Origin: Sarea resinae
Lineage: Eukaryota
Length of the DNA stretch: 64,000 nt
Direction: 5' to 3'
Assembly: GCA_026026165.1 (NCBI GenBank)
Contig: JAPEUD010000048.1
Location: 62,001-126,000, forward strand
Shown here: piece by piece, positions 62,020 to 64,000 of the stretch
Layout of the letters: the number at the start of each line of letters is the position of its first letter
Numbering within the stretch: position 1 is the stretch's first letter
Notes under the pieces: model-generated
What the model was told of the DNA's origin: nothing
Databases searched by the model: none
Seen by the model: the letters and a program-made list of their open reading frames with translations, nothing else
Program-made: the position numbers and the translations under genes

Positions 62020-63824
62020 AATACGCAGGACTGGTGCGTGGTATGTTGCTAGCAGTAGAGTGGTGCAGAGAAGGAGAGGACGAGTTTAGTAGGTGGGAGA
62101 TCCAAGAGATGGCCTATTCTCGGTGAAACAGAGGGCCGTGGCAGATATATGGAGAGTCACACACGCGGTCACCGATCTGACGGGTGGCGGCTTCGACAAG
62201 GCTTTCTCTCGGTGTCAGTCAGGATCCGTCTGGTCATTAGTCAGTCACGCGGACTGCTTTGTTGCCTTTCTGCGTTTCTGCTTTTTCTTGTGGGGTAAGG
62301 TCCGGTAAGAATAGTAAGGAATAGCTGGATTGAGGTGTTGATGTACGAAGTAGCTTGATGCAGGCTTATGCAGGCGTATGCAGGAGAAGAGGTGAGATTA
62401 TTGCTACGGCAGGTCAGCTCACTCGGGGAAGAAGACGATGGTGGGAGTTGAAAGGGTGGATGGGATTGGGATAGATGGATGATTGGGGGGGAGAGAGAGA
62501 GAGAGAGAGAGCCATGGATGACGATACGATACTATGCCCTTCGACGGCAGCAGAAGGCGGTGAGATGCGCCCAAGAAAAAAGAGAAACTGAGACCGGGAT
62601 CACCAAGGAACAGGTATCGCGCAAGTATTCAGTAGCTCGATGGCCCAGCAAGAACTACCTGGGGGGCACTTGAAGAATGGATCTCAATACCTGACCTGGG
62701 CTGTCCTGAGTTAGTAGAGGGTGTCCCCACCAGCTCTACCTCGCTCGACCCGACTCGATCTACTCTGGTTTGGGTAGTCGAGACGGCACTGCAGGTGGAA
62801 CGCCTCTGTGATGGGGTGGATACCTCGGACCGTGTACTTGGTAGCTTCCCTTATGGGCCGGAGATACATGAGCGATGGGTTTACGTGCCGGCCTACGGAG
62901 TAGATGGATGTCGTCGTGTGTGACGCCGAGTGCGACGGGTCTCGAGGGGCCATTGCCCTTTTGGCTCGCTGTTGCCACCGTCCATTCCATTATTCCATTA
63001 TTGTGCCGCATGCTGGATGACATGACCAAAGTCTGGACGGATACTTGCCGTGTACTTGCTATCAACAAGCACTGACACTCTCATATGGTTTTCTTCGATG
63101 CTCTTTCCTCCGAGGACGCAAGCCCGATCCATCTCCCATCCCTGAGCCTGAGCCTCGATCCCTTTCTCGTACCGATGAGCAATTCGGCATTGAGCAGCCC
63201 GGGCACCGCATCGGCAACTTCAACCACCACTACGGTGCGTCTACACAGTACACAGTCCTACTGCGGTCGGTACCTTGCGGTCGGTATCTTGCTCTCGGAT
63301 GCTCCACGGCAAGGTACCCGTAAGTACGTACTTCATTGCCTCTGCTAGGTACTGTACCGTACCTATGGATGGGTGTGGCATCCTTCACCTCACGCTTCGA
63401 TTCCCTTACCGATGCAGGGTCCTCGGACCTTCATCGCGGCCGGGGCCTCGAACTCCTCCCCCCCTTGCCACCCAGCACGCCCAGCACACCTACTCTACGG
63501 AGTACTCTACCTGACCCAGGGCCTAGGGCCAAGGCCCGTCCATGACGCCCTGGTCTATACCTTTCATAGCCCTAAGGTATGTACCTGTTCTGGCCCCAGG
63601 TCCGTCCCTCGACGGGGCACGACACCTTCGATCTCATACACCAGACTCCAAGGACTCGGTGAGAACAGCTCTTTCCGACACTGGTTTGGCAACAGGGATG
63701 GAGCAGATTGATCCGCCTTGTGGCGGCGTCGAAGCCTTTGACAGCGCCCGTCAATAATGCCACATGCGCTTGTCTACGGTTGGCCAAGTACTCTACATAG
63801 TAGCTTACCTTCAGCTGCGTGTTA

Positions 63825-63859
63825 CATGCATGCATGCATGCATGCATGCATGCATGCAT
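63825..63859. repeat. (CATG)8 self-complementary microsatellite
   Basis: Read directly from the sequence. Confidence 0.95.
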
Positions 63860-64000
63860 TGGCACGAGTTGACCCCCCACGGACGTGATCCAAAGCTTCG
63901 CTTGGAACTCCAATCTTCGATGATCCTTCTTCCAGTGAGGCCGTCCAATTCCACGACTTCTTTGTCCGGTCAACGCATATATTCTGGCATGTCAGCGCGT

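Noticed and set aside
1..64000. tRNA, rRNA, snRNA, telomerase RNA or TPP riboswitch
   Set aside because: No convincing signature seen by eye; tRNAscan-SE and Infernal would be needed to exclude them.

Overview
This window is intron-containing DNA from a filamentous ascomycete (Pezizomycotina), inferred from its GT-AG introns with CTRAC branch sites and its fungal gene families. I can support 19 protein-coding genes: a LaeA/TAM-type methyltransferase, a DsbA/FrnE oxidoreductase, a kelch-repeat membrane protein, SNF7, TEN1, a GT2 glycosyltransferase, a 1420-aa orphan, a 3-exon 77-aa Cys-rich microprotein missed by the ORF track, an FHL1-like FHA/forkhead factor, a 2OG-Fe(II) oxygenase, a peroxisomal SDR, a C2H2 transcription factor, an acidic repeat protein, an F-box-like Cys-rich protein, an atypical kinase, an OTU deubiquitinase, isocitrate lyase and neutral trehalase. 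Two AT-rich, RIP-like, microsatellite-rich islands are also present. The most unusual element is a non-coding ~1-kb array (25583-26587) of about 14 units with a ~69-70-bp period. Only two boxes are conserved (TGCGGAAYATCGG-N17-GTGAAT) and the intervening sequences differ in every unit. It lies between the microprotein gene and the orphan gene. I recognised no tRNA, rRNA, intact transposon or prokaryotic CRISPR-Cas. All gene models were spliced by eye and no database search was run.
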